Shown: positions 50,801-59,854 of the stretch, one piece after another
Layout of the letters: each line of letters begins with the position of its first letter
How positions within the stretch are numbered: position 1 is the first letter of the stretch
Virus record (IMG/VR): IMGVR_UViG_3300028833_000155
Span: 1,644-65,643 of that record
DNA: 64,000 bases
Strand: one strand, 5' to 3'
DNA from: a virus
Position numbers and translations under genes: made by a program
The notes under the pieces: generated by a model
The model's database searches: none
What the model saw: only the letters and a program-made list of their open reading frames with translations
Told to the model about the DNA's origin: nothing

Positions 50801-53800
50801 AGGCAATATCCTCCCAACACTGGAAGAATATGGTGGAGATGTCAAAGCATATAAGCAGTATCTCAAAGACAAGCAGGCAGGGATAGCATACTTTGAATGC
50901 TATATGCCTGTGCCTAATGCTACTCTGGAAAGACTTATAACCAAGGATGATGGTTCTATAATGTCTATAGAGGAAGTCCAACAAAAACTTCCTAAAGAGG
51001 TCTGGAAAGCTATGTCCGAGGTTATAGGCTACCGTATTCCTACTGAGGATAAGTATTCAATGCTTCCTCTGAAGATTATGGGCTTTGTACCAAAAGCTGC
51101 CGGTCAAGTTATTATGATGCCACAGGAAATCACTTACCTTACTGGTTCTGACTTTGATATTGATAAGATGTATATTATGATGAAATCTTTCAATGTATTC
51201 AAAGACAAACAAGATGAGAGGGAATTCCTGGCCATTGCACAGAAATATGCAAATGAGCACCTCGGAGAACCTCAGGCTCTTACTGTTGAGCAACTGAAAA
51301 AGTTTGTAAGACAAGTAATGCAGAATGGAGTAAAAATCATGGAAGGTGATACAATGACTTCTTGGACAACTGGAATTACAAGAGATAATCGTTTTGGGGC
51401 TGTAAAGAAATTCATTGATTGGTACAAAGATTATCTTCTTAAGGCAACATTCCACGAATATATCTATGATAAGGATGATATTCCTGAGAATAGAAGAGAG
51501 GCAAGAGAGGCAAGAAACAATAGACTCCTTGACCTACAATGGGCCGTCTTAACCAATGAGGATACTGCCTCCAAGATGCTGAACCCAGGTAACTTCAATG
51601 ACCAGAAGAAGGTTGGAAGAATTATCAGAATTCTGAAAGGTGGTATTATTAATCCTGAGACAGAAAGTCCTTGGACTTGGAAAGAACTCTCAGACATGGA
51701 CATTGATGACTTGGATGGATTGCTGGAGAATGCAGAGCAGCATAATACTACCCTGCCATCCAGCAAAATCTACTTCCAGCGTCAGAATATGCAGGGTTCT
51801 CAGATGGTAGGTATCTTTGCCAACCATAATGTCAGCCATGCATTCATGTCTTTCCAAAAGGTTGGTATAGACCTCCAGAAGGGACAGAATGATAATGCCT
51901 TTAGCTTTGATGGTATAATGATTGGTGATGCTGACAACCCAACTGTCCTTGATCCTCAAAAAGGATTTAATGGGCAACTTATCAGTAAGACCATAGCATC
52001 CTTCTTGGCTGCTTCTGTTGATACTGCCAAAGACCCTGTACTCTCTGACTTGAATGTCAACACCTTCACTGGAGGTGTGGCTATGGTACTGGCAAGACTT
52101 GGTTTTGACACAGCATCTATTGGACTGTTTCTCTCTCAGCCTGTCATCATGCAACTCTCTGACCTTTATTTCAAGAACAGCACAGATGGTTTTTACAAAG
52201 GTGATACTGCCATTGAGGAGCTGGCTTCCATGTTGGGAATGAAGAAGAAGGATTTGCAGAGCACAGAAGGTATTAAGGATGGTACACTCAGCAAAGAGAA
52301 CTTTGTGGAGCATCTGAATGATACTGACTATGATGGAGAAGAAGACAACTTCCAGAAGAGGGTTCTTCAAGGTTTCTACAGGCTCTATCAGATAGCGCAT
52401 GACCTGTCAGAATTAACTTTCTGTACAAAGTTCAACTCTGTATCCAATGCTGTAGGCCCGACTATTGCTGATACAATGGAAGACCTTGACAGAGTAGATA
52501 AGTTCACAAGTTCGGAGAATGCTGAAAAGAATGTATTCTATATTCCTGACAGTGATAATGACCCTATGGGATTCACTGACCCTGCTGAAATTATTTCCAA
52601 TGACCCAATACTCAGTGCTTTCTTTGAGACTACTGTTGGTCACGATGGTGCTTCAGAAAAGATATTCAGGAATTTCTTCCCGCATTATTTTGCAGGGTTC
52701 CAGAATGTAAGACAGTATTTCAAGGATAACTTCCTTGGTGGTAAGAAACTGAACAGCAAGCTATATAACCAGCTGCTCAACGAGTATCTATATTATCTGA
52801 TGACCTATCAGGATGACAATTACAGTCCCACTATACCTGCAAGAGATCCTGATCCTAAACAAGAATTTAGACATTTAGACCGACTAATTAAAGGGCTTAT
52901 TACAGATTTCCAAGCCATACTGAAGATTAAAGGCAGAAGGCCTAATATGATTCTTGACCAAGGTCTTGGCAATAACTGTCTGAGAGTACGCAGTGCTGAT
53001 GAGTTCCTTGCTGTGGATACTTTGATATTCAACAACTCTCAGCTTAATGCAGATGGTCAACAGAAGATTAGAAATGCATGGAGTGACCTCATTACTATGG
53101 ATGACCCCAATCTTTCAAAAGAAGATAATGAAAGAATCCGTGGATTTGGTATTGACTTATTCTTCTACAACCTAATGAGGAACGGCTTTACTTTTAGTCC
53201 GAAGACCATGATGCCTTTAGCCTCTGTCGTAGTAAGATACAATGCCAATTATAATGAAAAGAAAGGCTTCCAAAACTATATTGTAGGTTTAAGGAATTTG
53301 AAAGACTTGGACAACTTCTTAATGAATGGCTCTGATAATATGTCTGCAATCAGACAGTTCTGTAATCAGTTTGTAAGAAACCATGCAAACAACAGGCAGC
53401 TGGTTCCAAGCATAGATTTTCAGGACAAAACATTACTTTCTGTTGACTCTGAAACAGGAGACATTGAATTTGGAGCACCTGTAGAGGAAGAATATAAGCT
53501 ATCTCGTATAATGCTTGGAGACTCTAATCCCTATGAGTTTATTACAGTTATCAGGAAGAATGGTAATAGTCTGACCCAAGAACTGTATGAACTGGTAGAG
53601 GTTGGAGGTGAAAAACAATTCACAGAAGCTGGAATGACCAAGGTAAGGTACAGAAAGTCCAACAGGCTTGGTCTTACCAACAATTTCATTGAGTATGATG
53701 CCAACAGCAGCATTGAAACCTCATACTTTGAAGACATCCGCAGTAACTCTGCTGATGATATGGATGAGGAAATAACTACTGAAGGACAGAGCAAGGATGA

Positions 53801-54101
53801 GCAGGAACAGTCAGCTGGTAATTCTACTCCTTCCGATGGAAGTGAAGCTGAAAGGTCTTTCACATATAAGTGGAATACTTTTATCTTACCTGTAATCAGG
53901 AACTTAAAAGGTTCTCAGGCAGGAAAAGAAGGTGCTAAGTATAGAGTAGCCTTGAAACATGCACTGGAAAAAGCTGATGATAACTCTGAATTTGCAAAAG
54001 CCTTCAATGCAATGTTGGAAGCTGAACAAGAAAACAGGCAGGGACTGATGGATAAGATTAATGAAATTTTTAAGAATCAAAATAGTTGTTTTAAAGGATA
54101 A
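44892..54101 (+). CDS. crAss-like single-chain virion RNA polymerase with N-terminal PD-(D/E)xK domain
   Basis: 3069 aa; catalytic GSDFDIDK (51150-51164), GYRIPT, TDGQSY; N-terminal GYPDLLVID...LDFKT. Confidence 0.9.
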   Translation: MAAPSCIPHTVSRRFATQVVDKLSDEQKNKFGITDDDSRDDAIEAIRALAERHINAETNPDRKDQMLQNPEGFIADLEKYFSVVRVPEDNIEEAQKQYKSVKSFLEGQNMGRLVTFKFTEDKEDQEQATTAEAFFLSYNLLFKEGVSLFKEYYPNGKVKAISIILMEPQRMDGKTAQENTLDTINEIKNSSQIEIYNTSKKGETMLVSTKEEMPEGWKPTGRYLYDGKMVKAQGVTKDIDNTPYTGSVLAGPIGNSVDTTGRLFFNKNSELWENDGHLVSDEELQDIINTKLGGIFTLSGLKNLIKDFEILEKQLKEKWGEDVIILSDEIRMFGQKPEDGSWIIGYPDLLVIDKKGVVHTLDFKTSKMSDIKGYVYVFHDEKEQNYHTGEHYGKQISRYIKMEESYGLPVDSEPYVILIDTWYDASDTIEKRDNGARPSYQTEGTIGFLNDTGSLTMSLGEYAAENPMTRKELLLDDTEKEILYMEPRLHLNITEEEGTYIYSDELAALRGKEDIPFDSEVSYEQQWTALSEEEKEELQWLFNAKPVVFRPAQGIVTLSDDDIESKPWLISPQEIQDVAEFMMYRVSRIITDLQKGKSYSEIPLSNPNENGSPSTVFLGKNRSDIIHIAGIDNLIDIAFKYIKMGYKNDFPTEQQYKDGDYDQDEDFGYFFKDEADFLNQKRMNDKAKWLIDHKEQFIIAGYAKLMALENSIIPKRNESKNFNSTTPDVRMEADDMEAIGETGDEESIQSFVDLYLEGITDVEAWMLGQRNYSPKASLAQEIKRMFEDIDMVDANGKLVKDPYGWGFSLALDATQAIQTVLDTCKYCETMDEMMVALKNLARSPQNNWVNQVIDTINMKGNENLKKKFFRHFRKDALNYSIAQVKFDKKTGKRVIETRIINTKSAYDTIKQSLGVSFRNGSVGSYIINGETFSVVERDDSGNNILTRLGKGTVANQIRKDIKTWNSRLIQVYKDGRNRPEGQRIYVAEQLQKQQFDGKTIIQGITEILNGIGIRVPQDVVLNTCLQKLAGGEGKSSNARRLLNLSEVVLGKLDDMNTKKSGIPSGLKGNDAGRGYFPILKMVADSVQEYVEASVYQDGKTYYSYTNPSRIGYIVRDLKDSLDDTAKFEKYIQDNFGRYTGWFKTVNGERQNPEEPGSEWLCDWIRQLADPDKSAARQALEHKVELSYIGNQYRNLGALGFQLSILHNYFGSRDDQAINKDYRWFALPTMSNKPTNEFIRMLKYKNSEEIIDRVLMNTFIQEMNRMADVLFHYANYDDSVATDQIDLTDKKLIKAGWTEEEIEGLKERINSQNVTVNDLIRLQNVTSGAKFHFLWYLNNDITGKDFQDFGSLITERLNILLTPEGDAKQDRLNTSNEVDTLALVRQVISQRMDEIVESELTHMKKIGLFDTETKRINGKEVKVLKYQEEFDDKLGSGSNGYDNAVKEMESKLRDFIWQDIAANINIIQITGGDLAYYGNAVNYQKRIAQIHSPGLKLMHDDEYDDGYLRSVHISDEMVRDETRHNTEVVLTEYMENSGLSGTVKEDYRKMISIILDGLTKTESTDGQSYSSPTSIRKKLALQGEWDDTKEKAYKAIIKGDFNINHLGVMLQPSKPFVTSDMAKYSGSTTMELRKTPLQDKNSEYLIILAEAIARGSGKRSKLVAICDFMEKTAKFGNGKQGIDTVHFASVNKVGKSGIIDIAAFDKQFNEDLKDGIADEEDYNELLTEYLLRHVRTKGMTGGSIQEQDDFDATERLVQEGKLKREETLYNAQYVDTIPLDDYIIQQEVPAHLLEHQQLYGSQIRILGISDITPGTEFDVNWKKMSDKELVDEYKNLHAQNIRESFDDLMEELGLDKLSKNGEVKLETIDELPTEDRNQVYKNLEFLLQKELSKDAKYGLDMRRACALQYDSNGNVIDFAVPLMDPIQSRRIQELINSIIKKSINKQRITGGPVVQTTAYDRNLHIRFKDKEGNILPTLEEYGGDVKAYKQYLKDKQAGIAYFECYMPVPNATLERLITKDDGSIMSIEEVQQKLPKEVWKAMSEVIGYRIPTEDKYSMLPLKIMGFVPKAAGQVIMMPQEITYLTGSDFDIDKMYIMMKSFNVFKDKQDEREFLAIAQKYANEHLGEPQALTVEQLKKFVRQVMQNGVKIMEGDTMTSWTTGITRDNRFGAVKKFIDWYKDYLLKATFHEYIYDKDDIPENRREAREARNNRLLDLQWAVLTNEDTASKMLNPGNFNDQKKVGRIIRILKGGIINPETESPWTWKELSDMDIDDLDGLLENAEQHNTTLPSSKIYFQRQNMQGSQMVGIFANHNVSHAFMSFQKVGIDLQKGQNDNAFSFDGIMIGDADNPTVLDPQKGFNGQLISKTIASFLAASVDTAKDPVLSDLNVNTFTGGVAMVLARLGFDTASIGLFLSQPVIMQLSDLYFKNSTDGFYKGDTAIEELASMLGMKKKDLQSTEGIKDGTLSKENFVEHLNDTDYDGEEDNFQKRVLQGFYRLYQIAHDLSELTFCTKFNSVSNAVGPTIADTMEDLDRVDKFTSSENAEKNVFYIPDSDNDPMGFTDPAEIISNDPILSAFFETTVGHDGASEKIFRNFFPHYFAGFQNVRQYFKDNFLGGKKLNSKLYNQLLNEYLYYLMTYQDDNYSPTIPARDPDPKQEFRHLDRLIKGLITDFQAILKIKGRRPNMILDQGLGNNCLRVRSADEFLAVDTLIFNNSQLNADGQQKIRNAWSDLITMDDPNLSKEDNERIRGFGIDLFFYNLMRNGFTFSPKTMMPLASVVVRYNANYNEKKGFQNYIVGLRNLKDLDNFLMNGSDNMSAIRQFCNQFVRNHANNRQLVPSIDFQDKTLLSVDSETGDIEFGAPVEEEYKLSRIMLGDSNPYEFITVIRKNGNSLTQELYELVEVGGEKQFTEAGMTKVRYRKSNRLGLTNNFIEYDANSSIETSYFEDIRSNSADDMDEEITTEGQSKDEQEQSAGNSTPSDGSEAERSFTYKWNTFILPVIRNLKGSQAGKEGAKYRVALKHALEKADDNSEFAKAFNAMLEAEQENRQGLMDKINEIFKNQNSCFKG

Positions 54102-54104
54102 TAT

Positions 54105-57100
54105 ATGGCAAATTCATGTAGGTTATCTCCCGTAGTATTCAAAAGGAATGGGAAAGAGATTGAAGAAAAGGATAGCAGGCTGTTCAAGGACATCAAGAAG
54201 GCAGTAAAGGACAATGATACTGCCTGGAAGATGTGGGCATATACAAAGACTCCTGAGTTCAAGGCTGAGTACAAGAATAATGTTGACTATGATGAGTTAG
54301 GGGAAGTAACATTCCCCTCTCTCATCAAAGCCTTGGGTCTTCAGGAAGTATATGACACCCAAAAAGATGCTGACGAAGCAGCAAGGGACTATGGCTTTAC
54401 AGACACTGTATTTGAGAATGCAGAGTCTGCTGTTAGTAAGATGAACCTTTTCAACTCCAAGGAACAGAAATTCATAGCCTCCACGCACAAGGTTGATGGT
54501 GGTTATGAGATTAATGTGTCCCCAAGAAATGCTCAGACCATTCAGGCAGCAAGAACACAGTCGTATAATAATGCCCTGACTGGTGAGATTATTGATCTTC
54601 TAAGGTCTATGGGATTCAATGTGGAATGGGTTTCCAATCCAAGGTATGATGGACTCTTCAATCCAGAAGAAGCTGCTCTCCATGACGGGCTTATTAGCAT
54701 TATCAACATTGCAAAAGGACAGAGAGGTGAAGAGGCACTTCCAGAAGAGTTCAGTCACCTAATGATTGAAGGTCTGATTAACCATCCTTTGGCTCAAAGA
54801 CTTCTTAACACTCTGAATGATACTCAGATTCAGGAAATTCTTGGAGACAGCTATGATAAATACTCTCAGATGTATGATGGAGATAGTCTTAAGCTAAAGA
54901 AAGAAGCTGCTGGTAAACTCCTTGCACAGTATATCACTGGTCAGGGAACTATCAGCCAACCTGTCATCCAACCAAAGAGACCATTGCTTTCAAGAATATG
55001 GAGCTGGGTAAAGAACCTGTTCTCCAGAGTCAGCAATGAGCAGCTGGCTCAGGCAAGACTGAATGCACATGAGGCTGTTGAAGGAATCTATAATATTATA
55101 TCTTCTGGGGAAGCAGTACCTTTAGTAGATAAAAGGAGCATCCTTAATGCAGAACAATTGTATAAGCTCCGTGAGGAGTATAACAGTCTGGAAAAAGTAG
55201 CTACCAAAGGTGAAGAGATTGTCGCTAGAATGCTCAGGTCCGAAAGAGCTAAAGGAAACAAAGACAGGGCACAGAATGCTACCAAGGTTATTCAGAAAAT
55301 GAGGGATACTTTTGGTAGGCAAGAAGGGCTGGAAGTAGGTGACCCTTATGAATCTGTCAGAATATTTCTTGGAGATGCTGTACGACAGATAGAAATTATC
55401 TCTAAAGATATGCGTAGAGCCAACAGAAATGAAGAGGGAGGATTAATGACTGATATAAAAGTTATCAATGAAATTGCCAAGGTTGCAAGGGAAATTGATA
55501 CTTTTGTAGAGGGATATGCAGATGTCATCAGTGCTATAGCTACTTTTGATGAAGAGTCCAATACTACAGAACTGGGCATTGATGAACAATCAGGAAAAGT
55601 CTTAGCCAATACTGCCAATGACTGTTTGAAGGCCCTAAACAAGCTTACAGACTGGAAACAAGCTACTGAGAGAAATATTCTCTACAATGCCTCAAGAACT
55701 GTCTATAAAGAGGATAGAACAAGAGACATAGGTAGTAAAAGGGAAGAGGTAATGTCACTCAATGAAATTCTAGACCATGCTGACAGGGATATTAACTTTG
55801 TGGACAGATGGCTCTCTGCTATGAGTGATGCTGACGATGCTATGTTAACTATTTTTGACCAGATAGTAAAGAATCAGCAGTATGAACGTGATATGGAGAT
55901 GATTGAATGGAATGCTAAGATTGCAGCAATTGACAAGAAACTCCGTGATGCAGGTTATTCTTCTGACTTCATGTATGAACTAGACAAGGATGGAGTTCCT
56001 ACAGGCAGACTTATTAGCCAGTATGATTGGGAAGGATATAATGAGGCATATAGAAAGAAAAAAGAAGAGCTTGAAGATAACTGGGAACACTTTTCAGATC
56101 GGAAAAAAGAAAGTCTTGAAAACAATAAACAAAAGTACATTAGAGAAGGACTGAGCAAATGGAAACGTAGTGCAGATGCGAATAATAATTCAAGACTGAT
56201 TGAGGTATTTGTAGACCCAGAAGTCAATGCCTATGCAAATGAACATGGCATTAAAAAGGCACAAAATGTATATCCAGAAGCTATATTTGAAATGGTCCCT
56301 AATCCTAAAGTATTTACTAAAAATGCAGACAGAATAGAAAAACTGGCTTCTGCACAGAGGGAATACTATGAGGAGATGATGAATCTCAAGAGAACTATGA
56401 TGACCAAGATTCCTCATAGGGGACAGGGTATCTATAAGGCAGTCAACATCAGCAAGGATATGGTTGAGGGGATACTTGACAATAGTACAGGCAATCCTCT
56501 GAAAGCTACTCTTGAAAACTACAAAAAGAAGTTCCTTCGCAGACCTGATGACATTGGCTTTGGTACAGGGGAGAACTACAAGGAGGACATCCGTAATATC
56601 ATAGAGAGTGAGAAAGATCCTGAGCAGGCAGCAGAGAGAATTCTAATGTATCTTAATGATGCTACAGATGAGGATATTCTTGCAGTAGTTGACATAAGGA
56701 AAATCAGAAGGATTATCAGCAAGAACAAGGATGACATCAATAAAACTACTGAGGATGTACTGGAAGCAATTGCCTCAGAAAATTTTGCTATTGTGGAAAC
56801 AGACTTTGCGAATCACAGGATACAGCGTCTGCCTATCTACTATACAAGACCACTGAAAGACAAGAAAATGCTGTCTACAGACTTCTCAGGCACTATAGTA
56901 GCATATTCTGCTATGGCTGTCAACTATGAAAAGATGAATCAGGTAGTTGACATCTTGGAGGTAGGAAGAAGTTATATCAGAGAAAGGTCTGTCTTGGAGA
57001 ATGAAGGCCAGCACTCTGTCATGTCAAGGTTCACCGCCCTTGGAAAGATATATAAGGCTTATGTGGAAAGGGCTGGTAATGGAACCAACATAGCAGGCAG

Positions 57101-58556
57101 AATTGATGACTATATGGATTCTGTAGTCTATGAAGAAAGAAAAAATGATGAAGGTTCAATAGAGCTACTTGGAGTTAATCTTGATACAGCCAAGACACTG
57201 GATGCCATCAAAGACTATACAGGCTTGTTAGGACTTGGATTCAATGTGTTCTCAACCATCTCAAACCTTGCTGTAGGTAAACTTCAGCAATGGATTGAAG
57301 CTGCTGGTGGAGAGTACTTCACCTTCAAGGATTATGCAAAGGCTGTTACCCAATATAGTACCCTGATGCCTGGTTGCTTGGCTGAGATGAACTCTCCTGT
57401 AAAGAAAAACAAGTTAAGTCTGCTGATTCAGATGTTTGACCCAATGGGTGATTACTACGAATCTCTTAGAGATCCAAGCTTTAGCAAGAGTGCTGTATCA
57501 AGAATCCTTGGTAATGGTGTGCTTGCATATATTGGCATGAATGCTGGTGAGCATATCCTGCACTGCCAGACTATGCTGGCCATTCTCAACAATGTCAAGC
57601 TAACTGATACCAAGACTGGGGAAAAGATTAGCCTATATGATGCTTTGGAAGTCAAGGAGGTCAATGGTATTACCAAACTGGTACTCAAAGAAGGACTTTC
57701 CTATGAAAGAGAGCGGATTGATAATACTGGTAATGCAAAAACTAATAAGAATTATGGTAGACCTGTTAGGGATGAGGACGGTAAGATAAAGACTGAACAA
57801 GTTATACTTAAAGACCTCAAAGACAATACCACTCAAAGGTATATCATGCGTCAGAAAAGAAAAGTCCGCAAGATAAATGACTCTCTTAATGGTGCATTTT
57901 CTGCCAATGACAAGGGTGCTATTCATAAGAAAGCAATAGGCAGGTTAGTCATGCAGTTCCGTCAATGGATGCCTGCACATTATATGCGAAGATTTGCAAG
58001 AGCACATTATGATGCAGACCTTGAACAATGGAGGGAAGGCTATTATACTACTGTAGTTAAGACACTCAGCCAAATGTGGAAGGAGTCAATAAAGGCCAAA
58101 ACGATGACACTTAAATACTATAATGTACTTAGTGAGCATGAGAAGGCCAACCTTAGAAGAGCTACTGCGGAAGTATCAGAGTTCTTGATACTCATGGTAC
58201 TGGTGAGACTTGGAGGCAGGGTCAAGGATAGAGACAGAAGCTGGCTTGACAAGATGGCTCTCTACCAAATCAGACGTATGCATCTTGAAGTAGGAGCATC
58301 AATGCCTGTCAATGAGGGGTTCTTCAGTAACATTTTCACCCTGCTTCAGTCTCCTGCTGCTTCTATCAACACCTTTGAGAAAATAAGCAAGGTTATTCAG
58401 TTCTGGAACGCCTTTGATGAGATTCAGACTGGTAGATACCAAGGATGGTCAGAGTGGCAGAGAGATTTATACCTAAGTGTTCCTGCATTTGGACAAATTA
58501 GAAAAGCAATAGATTTTGACGATAGTATGTTCTCTGTCTTTGAGCAGAATGACTAA
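54105..58556 (+). CDS. Large virion cargo/ejection protein
   Basis: 1483 aa immediately after RNAP; zincin-like LPEEFSH; C-terminal GRLVMQFRQW; role inferred from crAss-like gene order. Confidence 0.7.
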   Translation: MANSCRLSPVVFKRNGKEIEEKDSRLFKDIKKAVKDNDTAWKMWAYTKTPEFKAEYKNNVDYDELGEVTFPSLIKALGLQEVYDTQKDADEAARDYGFTDTVFENAESAVSKMNLFNSKEQKFIASTHKVDGGYEINVSPRNAQTIQAARTQSYNNALTGEIIDLLRSMGFNVEWVSNPRYDGLFNPEEAALHDGLISIINIAKGQRGEEALPEEFSHLMIEGLINHPLAQRLLNTLNDTQIQEILGDSYDKYSQMYDGDSLKLKKEAAGKLLAQYITGQGTISQPVIQPKRPLLSRIWSWVKNLFSRVSNEQLAQARLNAHEAVEGIYNIISSGEAVPLVDKRSILNAEQLYKLREEYNSLEKVATKGEEIVARMLRSERAKGNKDRAQNATKVIQKMRDTFGRQEGLEVGDPYESVRIFLGDAVRQIEIISKDMRRANRNEEGGLMTDIKVINEIAKVAREIDTFVEGYADVISAIATFDEESNTTELGIDEQSGKVLANTANDCLKALNKLTDWKQATERNILYNASRTVYKEDRTRDIGSKREEVMSLNEILDHADRDINFVDRWLSAMSDADDAMLTIFDQIVKNQQYERDMEMIEWNAKIAAIDKKLRDAGYSSDFMYELDKDGVPTGRLISQYDWEGYNEAYRKKKEELEDNWEHFSDRKKESLENNKQKYIREGLSKWKRSADANNNSRLIEVFVDPEVNAYANEHGIKKAQNVYPEAIFEMVPNPKVFTKNADRIEKLASAQREYYEEMMNLKRTMMTKIPHRGQGIYKAVNISKDMVEGILDNSTGNPLKATLENYKKKFLRRPDDIGFGTGENYKEDIRNIIESEKDPEQAAERILMYLNDATDEDILAVVDIRKIRRIISKNKDDINKTTEDVLEAIASENFAIVETDFANHRIQRLPIYYTRPLKDKKMLSTDFSGTIVAYSAMAVNYEKMNQVVDILEVGRSYIRERSVLENEGQHSVMSRFTALGKIYKAYVERAGNGTNIAGRIDDYMDSVVYEERKNDEGSIELLGVNLDTAKTLDAIKDYTGLLGLGFNVFSTISNLAVGKLQQWIEAAGGEYFTFKDYAKAVTQYSTLMPGCLAEMNSPVKKNKLSLLIQMFDPMGDYYESLRDPSFSKSAVSRILGNGVLAYIGMNAGEHILHCQTMLAILNNVKLTDTKTGEKISLYDALEVKEVNGITKLVLKEGLSYERERIDNTGNAKTNKNYGRPVRDEDGKIKTEQVILKDLKDNTTQRYIMRQKRKVRKINDSLNGAFSANDKGAIHKKAIGRLVMQFRQWMPAHYMRRFARAHYDADLEQWREGYYTTVVKTLSQMWKESIKAKTMTLKYYNVLSEHEKANLRRATAEVSEFLILMVLVRLGGRVKDRDRSWLDKMALYQIRRMHLEVGASMPVNEGFFSNIFTLLQSPAASINTFEKISKVIQFWNAFDEIQTGRYQGWSEWQRDLYLSVPAFGQIRKAIDFDDSMFSVFEQND

Positions 58557-58602
58557 TCCCATACAGCTTTAAAACTGTATATAATGTGAACGGGAGGGTA
58601 CA

Positions 58603-58881
58603 TCATTTAGGTGTACCCTCTTTTTCTTCAAACCTTCGATTTATTTCTTCCAATTTCTCTTCCGTAAAAAACTCCCGAAGGGCTTTATTATACTCATAAT
58701 CTGACACTCCAGATTTGAATCTACTATATTTTTGAGTAAACTCTTCCCTTGCAATAGGGTCATTGTCTAGTATCCATCGGAAAAATCTGACTTCTTTATC
58801 TTGTTTGTTCCAATGTTCTAATAAAAAATAAAAAGCTCCTCCTATAAGGGTAAGTGCTCCAATAGCTTCTAAAAAAGTCAT
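58603..58881 (-). CDS. Small membrane-anchored protein
   Basis: N-terminal hydrophobic helix; TAATG overlap with the upstream peptide. Confidence 0.55.
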   Translation of the reverse strand: MTFLEAIGALTLIGGAFYFLLEHWNKQDKEVRFFRWILDNDPIAREEFTQKYSRFKSGVSDYEYNKALREFFTEEKLEEINRRFEEKEGTPK

Positions 58882-59000
58882 TACTTCTTATTTTTTCTAA
58901 ATAAAGTCATCAATAACCAAAACAACAATGCCGAAAGCAAACCAACCAAGACTTGCATACCAACAGGATCAGAAGAACGAGACAATAATAAATGCAACAT
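58881..59000 (-). CDS. Small hydrophobic peptide (39 aa, not in track)
   Basis: MLHLLLSRSSDPVGMQVLVGLLSALLFWLLMTLFRKNKK; A-rich leader; TATTTTTG promoter at 59096-59103. Confidence 0.5.
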   Translation of the reverse strand: MLHLLLSRSSDPVGMQVLVGLLSALLFWLLMTLFRKNKK

Positions 59001-59271
59001 GCCTTTAATTTTTTAGTTATTACTCCTCAGAAACCGAATAGCACAGGATAGAGCCAAACGCTTTCCAACAACTGCTGTCCTTCAACAGTCAACTGCAAAA
59101 ATAAACAATATAACCGAACCCACAAAACAATATATATTTTTTAACACAAAACCCTATATAGTTTTGTGCATAAAAACCCTATGGAATCTATACATTTCTA
59201 TAGCATATATAAATCTAAAATTAAGTTAAATTCAGAATTATTAAACTTTAACATTATTTCCCAATAAATTA

Positions 59272-59303
59272 TTTGGCAGTTAGTTATAAATTTCGTACCT
59301 TTG
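59272..59303 (+). promoter_or_regulatory. Full Bacteroidetes promoter (-33 TTTG, -7 TACCTTTG)
   Basis: TTTG at 59272-59275, 20-nt spacer, TACCTTTG at 59296-59303. Confidence 0.75.
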
Positions 59304-59305
59304 CA

Positions 59306-59790
59306 TTGTAGTTTAGTGACGCAAACTGCAAGGACAAATTGAAATTGTACGGAGATTCTCCGACAACCATACCAGTAAATGGGAATAATTGCAGTCTGTG
59401 CGTCACATTAGGACTGCAATTTTTTCGTTTACTGGCTTTTTATTGCCAGTTATTCAAGACCCATGGGAGTCATAGTCCCATGTACACCCACCGCTGTTGA
59501 GAATAGGAAGTAGACAGTATGGGTCAGAAGTTGGGTTGTAAGAGATACCTCACATGAGGAAACATAATCTCTGAGATACAGGATTGCTTAACCCCAATAG
59601 GTCGAAAATTTCCTGATTATAAAACTGTTCCCCGCCAAGCTATGATGAAATAAAAGGTACAGGGTAAATGGGGGTTCGGGGTCTAGAATAAAGCCTACGG
59701 GTTAGGTGAATATTGACCGGGCAGTGGAAGTTTCAGGATAATAAGCCAAAGCCAATTATTTTTTTGGCAAGAAAAATCCGCTAGGGACTT
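59306..59790 (+). ncRNA. Candidate structured leader/ncRNA with attenuator
   Basis: No long ORF; many stems; terminator hairpin 59387-59425 can alternatively pair with 59316-59331. Confidence 0.5.
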
Positions 59791-59854
59791 ATTATGTCTT
59801 TTCTTTTTCTATCTTTAAGTTTTTATCTTTTTATTATTAAATCACTTACATAGA

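Noticed and set aside
51690-52400. 236-aa antisense ORF and the other - strand ORFs inside + strand genes
   Set aside because: Shadow frames of well-supported genes, with no motifs or leaders of their own
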